Assembly: GCA_035653915.1 (NCBI GenBank)
Contig: DASRYE010000041.1
Coordinates: 1-54,138, forward strand
Origin: Novosphingobium sp.
Lineage (GTDB): Bacteria > Pseudomonadota > Alphaproteobacteria > Sphingomonadales > Sphingomonadaceae
DNA length: 54,138 nucleotides
Direction of reading: 5' to 3'
The notes under the pieces were generated by a model, which was not told where the DNA came from, made no database searches, and saw only the letters and a list, made by a program, of their open reading frames with translations. This document shows, one piece after another, positions 27,500 to 36,843 of the stretch. Numbering within the stretch: position 1 is the first letter of the stretch; each line of letters opens with the position of its first letter. A program made the position numbers and the translations under genes.

Positions 27500-28750
27500 T
27501 CAAGACAGCTCCTTGAGGCAAGACAGGTCCTTGAGGGCAGTATGCGTATCGCCAAGCCTGCCGGGATCGGGCGAAAGTCCGGCCTCGATCAGTTTCCGGC
27601 CCTGGACATAGTCCCTGGTGGCGTTGACGGCATCGATGGCAATGATCCTGCCGCCCTTCAGATAGATCACCGAGAAGCTGCGGTTCATGGGGTCGCCACG
27701 CAGCACGGTCTGGTCATAACCAACGGAGAGCCCGGCTGTTTGCAGGCGCAAATCATATTGGTTGGACCAGAACCAGGGGAAGGCACGGTAGGGCTGCGGG
27801 TCGCCGAGGATGGATCTGGCAACGGCAAGGGCCTGGTCGTTGGCATTCTGGACCGATTCGACCCGCATCGAGATCCCGGCCCAAGGGTTGGCAAAGGCCG
27901 CGCAATCGCCGATGGCATAGACCCCGGGCAACGAGGTGCGGCAATATTCATCCACCGCAACGCCGTTGCCCCCTTGCGCGCCGGCGGCGATCAGCGGGGC
28001 CACGGCCGGCACAATGCCAATGCCAACGATCACCGCGTCGGCGGGAATTTCGCTGCCATCTGCCAGCCTGACCGCAGAGACGCGCCCTTCGCCCAGCAAC
28101 GCCTCGACACCAGCGCCGGTGCGCAAGTCCACCCCGTGCGCGCGATGCTCCCTTTCATAGAAATCGGACAGTTCCGGCCCGGCGACGCGCGCAAGCACGC
28201 GCGGCAGCGCTTCGAGCAGAGTGACCCGGCAGCCGAGCTTGGTGAGGACCGCCGCCGCTTCCAGCCCGATATAACCACCGCCGATAACGACGATATCCCT
28301 CACCCCACCATCGATTTCGCCCATCAACCGATCGCAATCGGCGCGAGTGCGCACCGCATGGATGCCGTCCAGCCCCGCACCGGGGCAGGACAGCCGGCGC
28401 GGATCGCCGCCGGCTGCCCAGACAAGCTTGCCAAAACCAAAGGTCGCGCCATCTGCGAGGGTCAGCAACCGGGCCACGGGATCGACCGCGACCACTTCCT
28501 GGCCGAGATGCAGCTCCACGCCCTTTTCGGCCCAGAAATGCGGCGGGCGGATGTAGAGCCGCTCGAAGGTCTTTTCCCGGGCGAAATACTCCTTGGAAAG
28601 CGGCGGCCGCTCATAGGGGGGCTCGGGCTCGCGGCCGATCATGGCCACCGAACCGGCAAAGCCCCCCTGACGCAGCGCAATCGCACATTGCGCCCCGCCA
28701 TGCCCGGCGCCAACGATCACCACGTCGGCGCAAGTCTCTCCCATCTGCAT
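27500..28750 (-). CDS. GR-type NAD(P)H:ferredoxin reductase
   Basis: [44 protein letters not shown]. Confidence 0.93.
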   Translation of the reverse strand: MQMGETCADVVIVGAGHGGAQCAIALRQGGFAGSVAMIGREPEPPYERPPLSKEYFAREKTFERLYIRPPHFWAEKGVELHLGQEVVAVDPVARLLTLADGATFGFGKLVWAAGGDPRRLSCPGAGLDGIHAVRTRADCDRLMGEIDGGVRDIVVIGGGYIGLEAAAVLTKLGCRVTLLEALPRVLARVAGPELSDFYEREHRAHGVDLRTGAGVEALLGEGRVSAVRLADGSEIPADAVIVGIGIVPAVAPLIAAGAQGGNGVAVDEYCRTSLPGVYAIGDCAAFANPWAGISMRVESVQNANDQALAVARSILGDPQPYRAFPWFWSNQYDLRLQTAGLSVGYDQTVLRGDPMNRSFSVIYLKGGRIIAIDAVNATRDYVQGRKLIEAGLSPDPGRLGDTHTALKDLSCLKELS

Positions 28751-28768
28751 CCCCTGCCCCTTTATGGC

Positions 28769-29323
28769 TTATTGTGTCAGCAGAACCTTCTCGATCTGCG
28801 ATTTGGTCCAATTGTCCGGCAGATCTGCGATGAACAGGTTTTCGGTGCGGTAATGGCTGATCTTCCACTCGCCCCCAACCTCGCGGAAACGCACGCGAAC
28901 GCGGCTGGAGCGCAGGAGCGAAGTGCCGTTCTCATAAATCCACGGCTGGAACTGCGGCCAGATCCCTTCGGCGCCCTCCGCCGTCGCCCAGACCTGACCC
29001 AGGCAGACGTAATGGGTGTTGAAGTTCTGGGTAGCATTCACCTCCGCGTAGAAACGCCGCATGTGCGCCCTGATCGCCTCGCGCCCTTCCATGCGGCCAA
29101 AGCTTGCAGCATGCGCTCCACCGACACCTTCCCACACCGCATCTTCGGTGAAGCAATCGCCAATGGCCGCGATCCGCTCGTCCAGTGTGCCCTCATAGAC
29201 CGGATAGGGCACGTCGCAGAGGAACATGTAGCGGGCGATCACGCGCCGGGCACCGGCTTCTGCCACAAGTTCAGAGATTACCTTCCAGAGTTCCTCGTTG
29301 GTTTTTTCGGCAGGCATGGACAT
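28769..29323 (-). CDS. iacI: SnoaL/NTF2-like protein, IacI-like
   Basis: RYM-LCD, FTEDAVWEGVG..FGR, H, WKISHYRTENLF resemble the recalled IacI family; directly after iacCD-like genes. Confidence 0.65.
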   Translation of the reverse strand: MSMPAEKTNEELWKVISELVAEAGARRVIARYMFLCDVPYPVYEGTLDERIAAIGDCFTEDAVWEGVGGAHAASFGRMEGREAIRAHMRRFYAEVNATQNFNTHYVCLGQVWATAEGAEGIWPQFQPWIYENGTSLLRSSRVRVRFREVGGEWKISHYRTENLFIADLPDNWTKSQIEKVLLTQ

Positions 29324-29334
29324 TACTCCAGAAA

Positions 29335-29835
29335 TTACAGCAAATATCCAATGCCATGCAGAAAATCATCGGCATTGATAAAGGTTACCACTTTGCGATC
29401 GATCCTCAGCTCGCCGGCTTCGCGCACAATGCGATAATCGACATCGGCGGCGAGCACGCGGGTCCGATCGTATTTGTATTCGACGATGATCATCGCCGCG
29501 CGCAATGCGATGGCTTGCGCGCCGGCAGCCTCGCCTTCGACAAAGCGGGACAGCGTGCGCACGGTGCGCGCGGGCGGCGCTGAGGACATCGAGAAGCCGG
29601 AGAGCAGGCGCTTCACCCGCATCTCGCGCATCGGCCCATCATCATAGGCGATATTGAGTACCTCGGCGTAGTCGACAGCGGCGACATCGGCCGGAATGAT
29701 GTAGAGCCCCCCTGCGGTCCAGAGCTTGAGCCAGGGCTTGTACTGGTGGCGATCGAGCAGTTCCGCCTCCCGCCAGATCAGCCGGGCTGCCTCCTCAAGG
29801 GTAATCACCGGCGCTTTTTCGATCACCGCACTCAT
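29335..29835 (-). CDS. iacD: Ring-hydroxylating dioxygenase beta subunit, IacD-like
   Basis: EAELLD..W-LW..YIIP, AYDD..R-RV-RL, RTVR, RKVV, C-terminal GIGYLL; overlaps the alpha-subunit stop. Confidence 0.8.
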   Translation of the reverse strand: MSAVIEKAPVITLEEAARLIWREAELLDRHQYKPWLKLWTAGGLYIIPADVAAVDYAEVLNIAYDDGPMREMRVKRLLSGFSMSSAPPARTVRTLSRFVEGEAAGAQAIALRAAMIIVEYKYDRTRVLAADVDYRIVREAGELRIDRKVVTFINADDFLHGIGYLL

Positions 29836-31109
29836 GCCGTCATCATCCTTTTCCACATCTGGTAGGCGGCGCGCATCCCCACCTCGGACGAGGCATCGCC
29901 GGCATTGTGCCCGGGCTCTGGCCCCCCTTCCGGCGCCGCAACCCCGCGATTGAGCATGATGTAGACATCATCGCCCGCCTGCGCGCCGCGCTGGACGCGT
30001 TCCCAGCCTTCGGCATCATCGGGCGTGCCAAAGCCCATCGGCCCCTGAAAATGCTCGTGCAGTCGCATGCGCATCCGGTTGGCCGCGGCCGGCCCCCCTT
30101 TCATGCCGATGGCCACATGGCGGATTTCCGTTTCATTGACCGCAATCGGGCGCAACACGCGGAAAAAAGCCATTGAGCAGGCAATGTTGGGGAACATGTT
30201 GAGGTTGAAGCCCCCACCCCCGACCGCGCGCACGATCCTGCGCACGTCCAGATCATCGCGCCCTTCGGCGGCCAGTTCGGCAGCAAGATCCGCGAAACGT
30301 TCCGGGATCGGCGCGTCGAGGTTTTCCTCCAGATCGATCAGGTCGGGCATCATCACCGCGACCGAATGGCCGTTGCCCAGATCCTCGACCCAGCCACCCG
30401 AACCGATCAGGTCCATCAGGTTTTCCGTCTCTGTGTCGAGTGAATCGAGGAACGTCTTGTGGACGATCGGGAAATGATAGGAGTCGGTGGTGTTTTCCAA
30501 CTGGATCTTCCAGTTGCCCGGAAAACGGAACTTGTGCTCGCCCAGCGTTGTCACGCCAAAGCCGGCCCCCTGCTTCATGAACAGGTCGATCCATTTGCGC
30601 GCCGGCCCGAGGTAATCCGCCAGCGGCATGATATCATCGTTAAAGGTAGCGAAAATCATGCCATTATAGGATTCGGTCCGCAGCGACACGAGGCCGAACC
30701 GGGACTTGTCGAAATCCTCGGCATAGCCATCCGCATAGGGCACCTTGCGCAGGGCCCCGTTCATATCATAACTCCACCCGTGATAGGGGCAGACAAAGAC
30801 GCTGGTTTTGCCCTGCTTCTTTTCGCAAACACTCGACGCACGATGCCGGCAACGGTTGAGGAGAACATGGATCTTGTCCGCCTTGTCCCGCGTCACGATC
30901 ACCGGCTGGGTGCCGACCCATGAACTCCTGAACGTATTGGGCCCCGGCACTTCGCTTTCGTGCGCAACCCAGACCCAGGTGGATTTGAAAATTCTGTCCA
31001 CCTCCACCTCAAAGATCTGCGGATCGGTATAAAGCGAAGTATGAACGCGGTCCTCGAGAACCAGCGATCCGAAATCACGCGCGCCGGCGTTTTCGCTGAC
31101 CACACCCAT
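29832..31109 (-). CDS. iacC: Rieske ring-hydroxylating dioxygenase alpha subunit, IacC-like
   Basis: CRHR..CPYHGW, ENTTDSYHFPIVH, WIDLFMKQG, HEHFQGPMGFGTPDD, YQMWKRMMTA closely match recalled IacC; ATG at 31109 fits AAGGAG (31115 is the alternative). Confidence 0.85.
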   Translation of the reverse strand: MGVVSENAGARDFGSLVLEDRVHTSLYTDPQIFEVEVDRIFKSTWVWVAHESEVPGPNTFRSSWVGTQPVIVTRDKADKIHVLLNRCRHRASSVCEKKQGKTSVFVCPYHGWSYDMNGALRKVPYADGYAEDFDKSRFGLVSLRTESYNGMIFATFNDDIMPLADYLGPARKWIDLFMKQGAGFGVTTLGEHKFRFPGNWKIQLENTTDSYHFPIVHKTFLDSLDTETENLMDLIGSGGWVEDLGNGHSVAVMMPDLIDLEENLDAPIPERFADLAAELAAEGRDDLDVRRIVRAVGGGGFNLNMFPNIACSMAFFRVLRPIAVNETEIRHVAIGMKGGPAAANRMRMRLHEHFQGPMGFGTPDDAEGWERVQRGAQAGDDVYIMLNRGVAAPEGGPEPGHNAGDASSEVGMRAAYQMWKRMMTA

Positions 31110-31135
31110 TCTCATTCTCCTTCAATCAAACCGGG

Positions 31136-31762
31136 TCAGAAGCTTGCGACATCCTTCGGTTTATATTCAGGGTGCAATTCCATGTCGTAAGCCCCGTGGG
31201 CATTTTCCTTCTCGGCAAAATAGCTGACACCGACAATCGGGCTGCCGGACTGGAAAATCGGCCAATTGAGGACGCTGGGGCGCAGGCGCATCCATTCGCC
31301 GGTAAAAATATAGATGACCGCTTCCTGCCCATTTTCGAGCTTCAGCCCCTTTGCCATGGTGCCGCCAAAGCAGAAGTGGAAGTCGAGCACGGGAAAGCGG
31401 TGCGGCACCAGATAGGCCTTGAAATCCTCGTCGCGCAGCGGGGCCGGTTCTGCTTCACCATCCCCGTTGAACAAGGCAATGAACTGGTGCGCGTCACCGG
31501 GCTGGGCCGGCGGAACATAGACGCCGATGCGCCGTGCCTGAAAGCCGAAGCCATGCTCGTCGAGCAAGGCCTCCAGCGCGGGCGCCACATCGGTATAAAG
31601 CCGATTGGCGAACGCCCGATCGTACCGGGTGGACGGATCGTTGGCATAAGCGACAAAATCGGCAGGTGCAGAAAAGATGCCGATCTCCATCGGCCCTATC
31701 AAAGCGTTGATCCTGGCGATGTCGGTAAAGATCTCACCGTTTTCCAGCCTGAGGAGTGCCAC
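31136..31762 (-). CDS. Hypothetical cupin, distant acireductone dioxygenase (ARD/MtnD)-like
   Basis: N-terminal ALLRLENG and C-terminal beta pattern H..D.H..G..G..NG..GEW....NW..V.YF parallel ARD; RBS AGGAAG; lies inside the operon. Confidence 0.55.
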   Translation of the reverse strand: MALLRLENGEIFTDIARINALIGPMEIGIFSAPADFVAYANDPSTRYDRAFANRLYTDVAPALEALLDEHGFGFQARRIGVYVPPAQPGDAHQFIALFNGDGEAEPAPLRDEDFKAYLVPHRFPVLDFHFCFGGTMAKGLKLENGQEAVIYIFTGEWMRLRPSVLNWPIFQSGSPIVGVSYFAEKENAHGAYDMELHPEYKPKDVASF

Positions 31763-31874
31763 GTTAAACTTCCTTCCAATGTTCAGTGCAAAGCTCCGCC
31801 ATCACCGGACTTGCAGAGCGCAAGTCCGGTTCATCGCATCGTGGAGCTGGAGAATAAGCGGCCGAAGCCTAGCC

Positions 31875-33053
31875 TTACACCGCCAGTTTAAGCGGCGCGC
31901 CACCTTCCGCCTCGAGCACCTTATCGAGATACCAGTTGTAGAACTTGCTCATCTGGACTTCGAGGCGCGGGTGCAGAACCGCCCGACCATTGGTCTTCGA
32001 AGTGATGCCCTTCTGCACCATCTTGCAGGCGTATTCGTCTTCGAGCTGCACCTGGTAGGCAAAATCGGTCTGAAACTTGACAGCTTCTTCCGCCCCGGGC
32101 GTTTCCAGCGCCCATTTGGGAAACGCCTGGCAAATCTTGCCGCGATTGGCCGTGACGCGATTGCCGAATTCGAAGATGAGATAGGTGCTCTGGTAATTGT
32201 TCAGCCACGTTCCCATCGTCGGAAAACCGAACAGCACCCGCGGATCATTGTCCCAATCGACACCTTCCACGCCCGGCGGAGTGCCAAAGGGCTGGAGATA
32301 CTCCTGCGGCACGCCATCCTTCCACCACATGTGATAGGAACAGCAGGCCTTGCCCCCCCAGGCCTCTTCGGTGTTCTTGGCGGGAATCTCACCCTCGATC
32401 CGGTCATGATGGACACCTACGTGGTGATAGCCTTCCATGCCGGCCTCAACCGTAAGCTTCCAGTTCCACGGCGCCTCGAACTCATACGTATAGCTGTGCT
32501 GAAAATCGGCCACTTTCCAGGCATCGAAAATCGGATCGATCGGGGCGTATTGCGGTGCCAGCGGTTCGGCATCCGGGTCGAAATTGATGAAGACAAACCC
32601 CTGCCAGATCTCGAGACGAAGCTCGGGCATCCGGCAGTTCTTCTTGTCAAACCCGGGGATCTGCTCAACCGAGACGCCCTGTAACGTGCCATCGAGATTG
32701 TAGGTCCAGCGGTGGAACGGGCATACCATCAGCTTGGTATTGCCCCGACCTTCCTCGACAATCTGCGCAAAGCGATGCTGGCACACGTTGATCAGCGCAC
32801 GCAGCACCCCATCACGCCCGCGGATGATCACGATCGGCTCGTCGAACATCCGAATGGTGAAATAATCGCCAGGGTTCAGCGCCTCTTCCTGGCGGCCGAC
32901 GATCAGCCACTGCTTCTTCAGGATGTTCTCGACTTCCCACTGGTAAAAATCTTCATCATAATAAAACCTTGGCGGAAGAGAGCTGCGAACTCCATCAAAC
33001 CCGTCACGAATGCCTTTGATTTCGTCTTGTGTGAACAAATTTGACTGAACCAT
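31875..33053 (-). CDS. Rieske oxygenase alpha subunit, choline/carnitine/stachydrine monooxygenase-like group
   Basis: LPPRFY, CQHR..CPFHRW, WNWK..EGYHHVGVH, EDEYAC..VQKG; no dedicated beta subunit. Confidence 0.85.
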   Translation of the reverse strand: MVQSNLFTQDEIKGIRDGFDGVRSSLPPRFYYDEDFYQWEVENILKKQWLIVGRQEEALNPGDYFTIRMFDEPIVIIRGRDGVLRALINVCQHRFAQIVEEGRGNTKLMVCPFHRWTYNLDGTLQGVSVEQIPGFDKKNCRMPELRLEIWQGFVFINFDPDAEPLAPQYAPIDPIFDAWKVADFQHSYTYEFEAPWNWKLTVEAGMEGYHHVGVHHDRIEGEIPAKNTEEAWGGKACCSYHMWWKDGVPQEYLQPFGTPPGVEGVDWDNDPRVLFGFPTMGTWLNNYQSTYLIFEFGNRVTANRGKICQAFPKWALETPGAEEAVKFQTDFAYQVQLEDEYACKMVQKGITSKTNGRAVLHPRLEVQMSKFYNWYLDKVLEAEGGAPLKLAV

Positions 33054-33125
33054 AAAACGCTCCGCCCTTGTATTTATCGTTCCAAAATATACATTCCGGA
33101 CGATATATTGCTAAACATGCCCGAC

Positions 33126-33162
33126 GGCATAATATGCCATCACCCCCATGCGTCAAATGCAT
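33126..33162. promoter_or_regulatory. LysR-type box and palindrome upstream of the Rieske operon
   Basis: ATGC-GTCAAAT-GCAT (T-N11-A, 33148-33162) and GGCATA-A-TATGCC (33126-33138). Confidence 0.5.
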
Positions 33163-33188
33163 ATAGGTAATTACATGGATTACCCACT

Positions 33189-34142
33189 TTAATTCCGTTC
33201 GGATGGGCAGCGTTCTCCGCCGGCCGCATTACTTCCACCGAATGCAATAGAGATCGCATTGCGCAGCCAGGCGATCGCCGGGTCTGCCGCAAAACGCTTG
33301 TGGGTGTGCACGCTGATCGGAATCTGCGGCAGATCGAAAGGCAAACCCAGCACCCGAAAATCGCCCGCGCTGACGAAGCGCGAAACGACACTGGCCGGAA
33401 ACAAGGCAGCCAGATCTGTGTTCCGCACCATTTCCGGAAGCACGGAAAGATGGCTGAGCCGCGCCGCAACGTTCCGCTCCAAGTGGAGATCGGACAAATG
33501 CTGCTCGATCACACCATAGCCAGGAACCCGCCTGGACACATCCACGAAAGTCAGCCCGGCAAAATCTTCAACCGTCAGTTCATCGCCAGGGAAAGGATGA
33601 TCCTTCCTGACAATGCAGACATGCCGGTCGTATATCAACGGCACCATCGTATAGTCTTCGGTTTCGGGGATATAACCGATGGCGATATCGGTCTTGCCGG
33701 ATTTAAGAAGCGCATGAATACTGGTGACATCGAGATTGATCGTCTCGATTTTCACATTGGGCGCCTGGCTGCGAACAATCCTCAGAATTTCCGAAAGAAA
33801 ATAATATTCCGAAACATCCGTCATCGCCAGATGGAAGGTGCGGTTGGCTTCCGCAGGCCGAAATGATCGCTGCCCAAGCAACGCCTGCTCAACGATCTGG
33901 AGCGATGCGGTCAACGGGGCATAGAGCTGGACCGCGACTTCTGTCGGCACCATCTCGTTGCCCACACGCACAAACAGCGGGTCGTCGAACTGTTCGCGCA
34001 AGCGCTTCAGCGTATGGCTGATCGCCGGCTGGGTAAGGCCAAGCTGCTCGCCCGCGACAGTCAGGCTGCGCGCATCCCAGATCGCGATAAAGGTCTTGAG
34101 CAGATTTAGGTCGAATGTCCGAAGGCCCTTGTGTTGCGGCAT
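33189..34142 (-). CDS. LysR family regulator (NodD/NahR-like)
   Basis: DLNLL..SLTVAGEQLGLTQPAISHTLKRLR..DDPLFVR, DPAIAWLR; RBS AGGAG. Confidence 0.95.
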   Translation of the reverse strand: MPQHKGLRTFDLNLLKTFIAIWDARSLTVAGEQLGLTQPAISHTLKRLREQFDDPLFVRVGNEMVPTEVAVQLYAPLTASLQIVEQALLGQRSFRPAEANRTFHLAMTDVSEYYFLSEILRIVRSQAPNVKIETINLDVTSIHALLKSGKTDIAIGYIPETEDYTMVPLIYDRHVCIVRKDHPFPGDELTVEDFAGLTFVDVSRRVPGYGVIEQHLSDLHLERNVAARLSHLSVLPEMVRNTDLAALFPASVVSRFVSAGDFRVLGLPFDLPQIPISVHTHKRFAADPAIAWLRNAISIAFGGSNAAGGERCPSERN

Positions 34143-34222
34143 GTCATTTCTCCTGGACGGAGAGGGCATGTCCACAACCCATTCGTCAACCACCATATTT
34201 CCCGCTGTGGATCGCGCAACCA

Positions 34223-35320
34223 TCAGGCAAGGGCCCGGGCAATCGCGCAAAGCTGCGCCTCTTCGCCTTTCCGGCCGACAAGCTGGAGCGAAACCGGCCA
34301 TCCCGCAGGCCCCGCCACGGGCAGGCTCAGCGCAGGATGGCCCGACAGGTTGAAGGGGCGAACAAAGCGCGAGAAGGCAAGGTCCATGCCCGAGGAGCGA
34401 ACGGCAGCCACGGTGGGCGGCGGCCCGGCCAGCGTTGGCAGCGCCAGTGCGTCATGGTCGTAGAGCAGCCGATCCACCGCCGCGGTGAAGGCGGCGCGAA
34501 CGCTCTCGGCCTCGGCAACCTGTTCATGCGTCACCGCAGCTGCCGCGCGCAGCCGCGCTTCCACATCAGCCCCCAGCAAGCCGGTCTCGACCAGCCCGCC
34601 AAAAGCCGCCCAGGTCTCGGCGTTGATGATGACCAATCCGGCGGCAAACGCTTCCTCCAGCAACGCCAGATGGGCTGGCGCCATCGCCAGGCCCGCGCTG
34701 ACGAGGGCGCCGCGACAGGCGGCCGTAACGGCAGGATCGGCATCAACCTCCACCAGGCCCACGCGCGGCGCGACAACGCTGGCCGGCGCGAAGCCCGGGT
34801 CGATGATGGCCATCGCCTGCTCGATCATGCCAATCGTCCGGGCGAAAGGCCCAACGCAGTCCAGAGAGGTTTCCGCCGGGGCAACGCCCTTGCGGCTGAC
34901 GCGACCAAAAGTGGGCTTCAACCCCCAGATGCCGCAGCAGGCGGCGGGAACGCGGATCGAGCCGCCCGTATCCGAGCCGATCGCAAAATCGGCAAGGCCG
35001 GCGGCAACGGCCGCCGCACTGCCGCTTGAGGAGCCTCCGGGGATCAGGTCCGCATAGCCGGGATTGACCGGCGTTCCCGCCCAATCGTTGATCCCGGAAA
35101 GCCCAAAGGCCAACTCATGCATCACCGTCTTGCCGATAATCCGGCAACCAGCCCCAAGAACATGGGCGACGACTTCGGCATTGGTCGTGGCCGGCGCCAC
35201 ATTCGCCATTGCCCTGCTGCCATCGCGCGTGCGGCAGCCGGCCACATCGATCGAATCCTTGACCGCCACACGCAAGCCACCCGCAGAGCCCAGTTCGAGC
35301 GTTTCGACAAAGATGGTCAT
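34223..35320 (-). CDS. iacH: Amidase signature enzyme, IacH-like
   Basis: AVKD, HELAFG, GGSSSGS, GSDTGGSIR, PFNLSGHP; short form lacking the N-terminal helices. Confidence 0.8.
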   Translation of the reverse strand: MTIFVETLELGSAGGLRVAVKDSIDVAGCRTRDGSRAMANVAPATTNAEVVAHVLGAGCRIIGKTVMHELAFGLSGINDWAGTPVNPGYADLIPGGSSSGSAAAVAAGLADFAIGSDTGGSIRVPAACCGIWGLKPTFGRVSRKGVAPAETSLDCVGPFARTIGMIEQAMAIIDPGFAPASVVAPRVGLVEVDADPAVTAACRGALVSAGLAMAPAHLALLEEAFAAGLVIINAETWAAFGGLVETGLLGADVEARLRAAAAVTHEQVAEAESVRAAFTAAVDRLLYDHDALALPTLAGPPPTVAAVRSSGMDLAFSRFVRPFNLSGHPALSLPVAGPAGWPVSLQLVGRKGEEAQLCAIARALA

Positions 35321-35327
35321 GGCCGCC

Positions 35328-36827
35328 TCAGTGCGCGATGCAGACCGATTTCAGCTCGGTATAAGCGTTCACCCAATCGGTGCCGAACTCCCGCCCGAGG
35401 CCGGACTGCTTGGTGCCGCCGAACGGCAGCGCCGGGTCGATGAAGCTGTGGGTGTTGACCCAGACAGTGCCTGCATCGAGCTGGCGGGTCAGATCCATCG
35501 CCGCCTTCAGGTTCTGGGTCCAGATGCTGGCGGCAAGGCCCATCTCGGTATCATTGGCAAGCGCCACGGCCTCTTCCCGGCTTGCCACCCTGGTGATCGC
35601 GATCACCGGGCCGAACACTTCCTCGCGCTTCAGGGCAACGGTCTCGGCAGGATCGAGGACGATATGCGGGCTGACGAAATAGCCCTCTCCTTCGGGCACC
35701 GGCGCCCCCGCGATCACCTGCGCCTTGGCCCTGGCATCGTCGAGATAGCGAGTGACTTTGGCCTTGTGCTCCCTGGACACCAGCGGCGTCACTTGCGCGG
35801 CCGGATCGAGCCCTGCCCCCACCGGCAGCGACCTGATGGCACCTGCCAGCGCCTCGACCAGCTCGTCATGGATCGCCTCCTCGACGTAGATCCGCGAGGA
35901 GGCCGAACAGACCTGCCCCTGGTTGAAGAAGCCGCCGCCCATCAGCCCGGGCACGGCCACCGCCAGATCGGCATCCGCCAGCACCACCGCCGGGTTCTTG
36001 CCCCCCAGCTCCAGCCCGGTCGGCACCATGTTTTCCAGCGCGGCACGGGCAATGGCCTTGCCCGTCGCCGTGGAGCCGGTGAAGGTGATCTTGCGGATCA
36101 GCTTGTGCGAAACCAGCGCCGCGCCCGCGCCCTGCCCGGTGCCGGTCACAACGTTGAACACATCCTCCGGCACCCCTGCCTCCAGCGCCAGCTCCGCCAG
36201 CCACAGCGCCGAGAGCGGGGTCACTTCCGACGGTTTCAGCACCACCGAGCACCCGGCCGCAAGCGCGGGGGCGAATTTCCAGGTCGCGATCGCCATGGGA
36301 AAGTTCCACGGCGCGATGCCCGCCACCACGCCAACCGGCTCGCGGCGGGTATAGGCCGTCCAATGGTCGGGGCCGGGGGGCATCGACAGCTCCATCGTCC
36401 GCCCCTCGATCTTGGTGGTGAGCCCGGCGGCATACCGCAGCCATTGGGCCGAGCCAGCACTGGCAAACAGGCGGGAGAGATGGATCGACTTGCCCTGTTC
36501 CAGCGTTTCCAGCTGGGCCAGCGCCTCGCCGTTATCCTCGATCAGTTGCGCAAAGCGGAACAGGATGCGCTCGCGCTCGGCGGGCGTCCTGTGGCGCCAG
36601 CGGCCATCCTGGAAAGCAGCATGGGCACGCTCGATGGCCTCGTTCACATCCTCGGGCGCGGCATCGACGATTTCGGCAATGGGCAAGCCACTGGCGGGAT
36701 CGAACACGGGAATGCGCGCGGCCGACCGGCCCGCGATGCGCTTGCCCCCCACCACAATGCCCGGCGCGCGTTCCAGAAACGCACGCGTCGCGGCATCGAT
36801 TTCAAAGCTGCCCTGATACCCCACCAT
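35328..36827 (-). CDS. Aryl-acetaldehyde dehydrogenase (phenylacetaldehyde dehydrogenase-like)
   Basis: PWNFP, LKPSE, FTGSTATG, LELGGKNP, NQGQVC, EEVFGP, ELKSVCIAH; RBS GGAGG. Confidence 0.92.
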   Translation of the reverse strand: MVGYQGSFEIDAATRAFLERAPGIVVGGKRIAGRSAARIPVFDPASGLPIAEIVDAAPEDVNEAIERAHAAFQDGRWRHRTPAERERILFRFAQLIEDNGEALAQLETLEQGKSIHLSRLFASAGSAQWLRYAAGLTTKIEGRTMELSMPPGPDHWTAYTRREPVGVVAGIAPWNFPMAIATWKFAPALAAGCSVVLKPSEVTPLSALWLAELALEAGVPEDVFNVVTGTGQGAGAALVSHKLIRKITFTGSTATGKAIARAALENMVPTGLELGGKNPAVVLADADLAVAVPGLMGGGFFNQGQVCSASSRIYVEEAIHDELVEALAGAIRSLPVGAGLDPAAQVTPLVSREHKAKVTRYLDDARAKAQVIAGAPVPEGEGYFVSPHIVLDPAETVALKREEVFGPVIAITRVASREEAVALANDTEMGLAASIWTQNLKAAMDLTRQLDAGTVWVNTHSFIDPALPFGGTKQSGLGREFGTDWVNAYTELKSVCIAH

Positions 36828-36843
36828 TCGCCTCCAAATTCGT

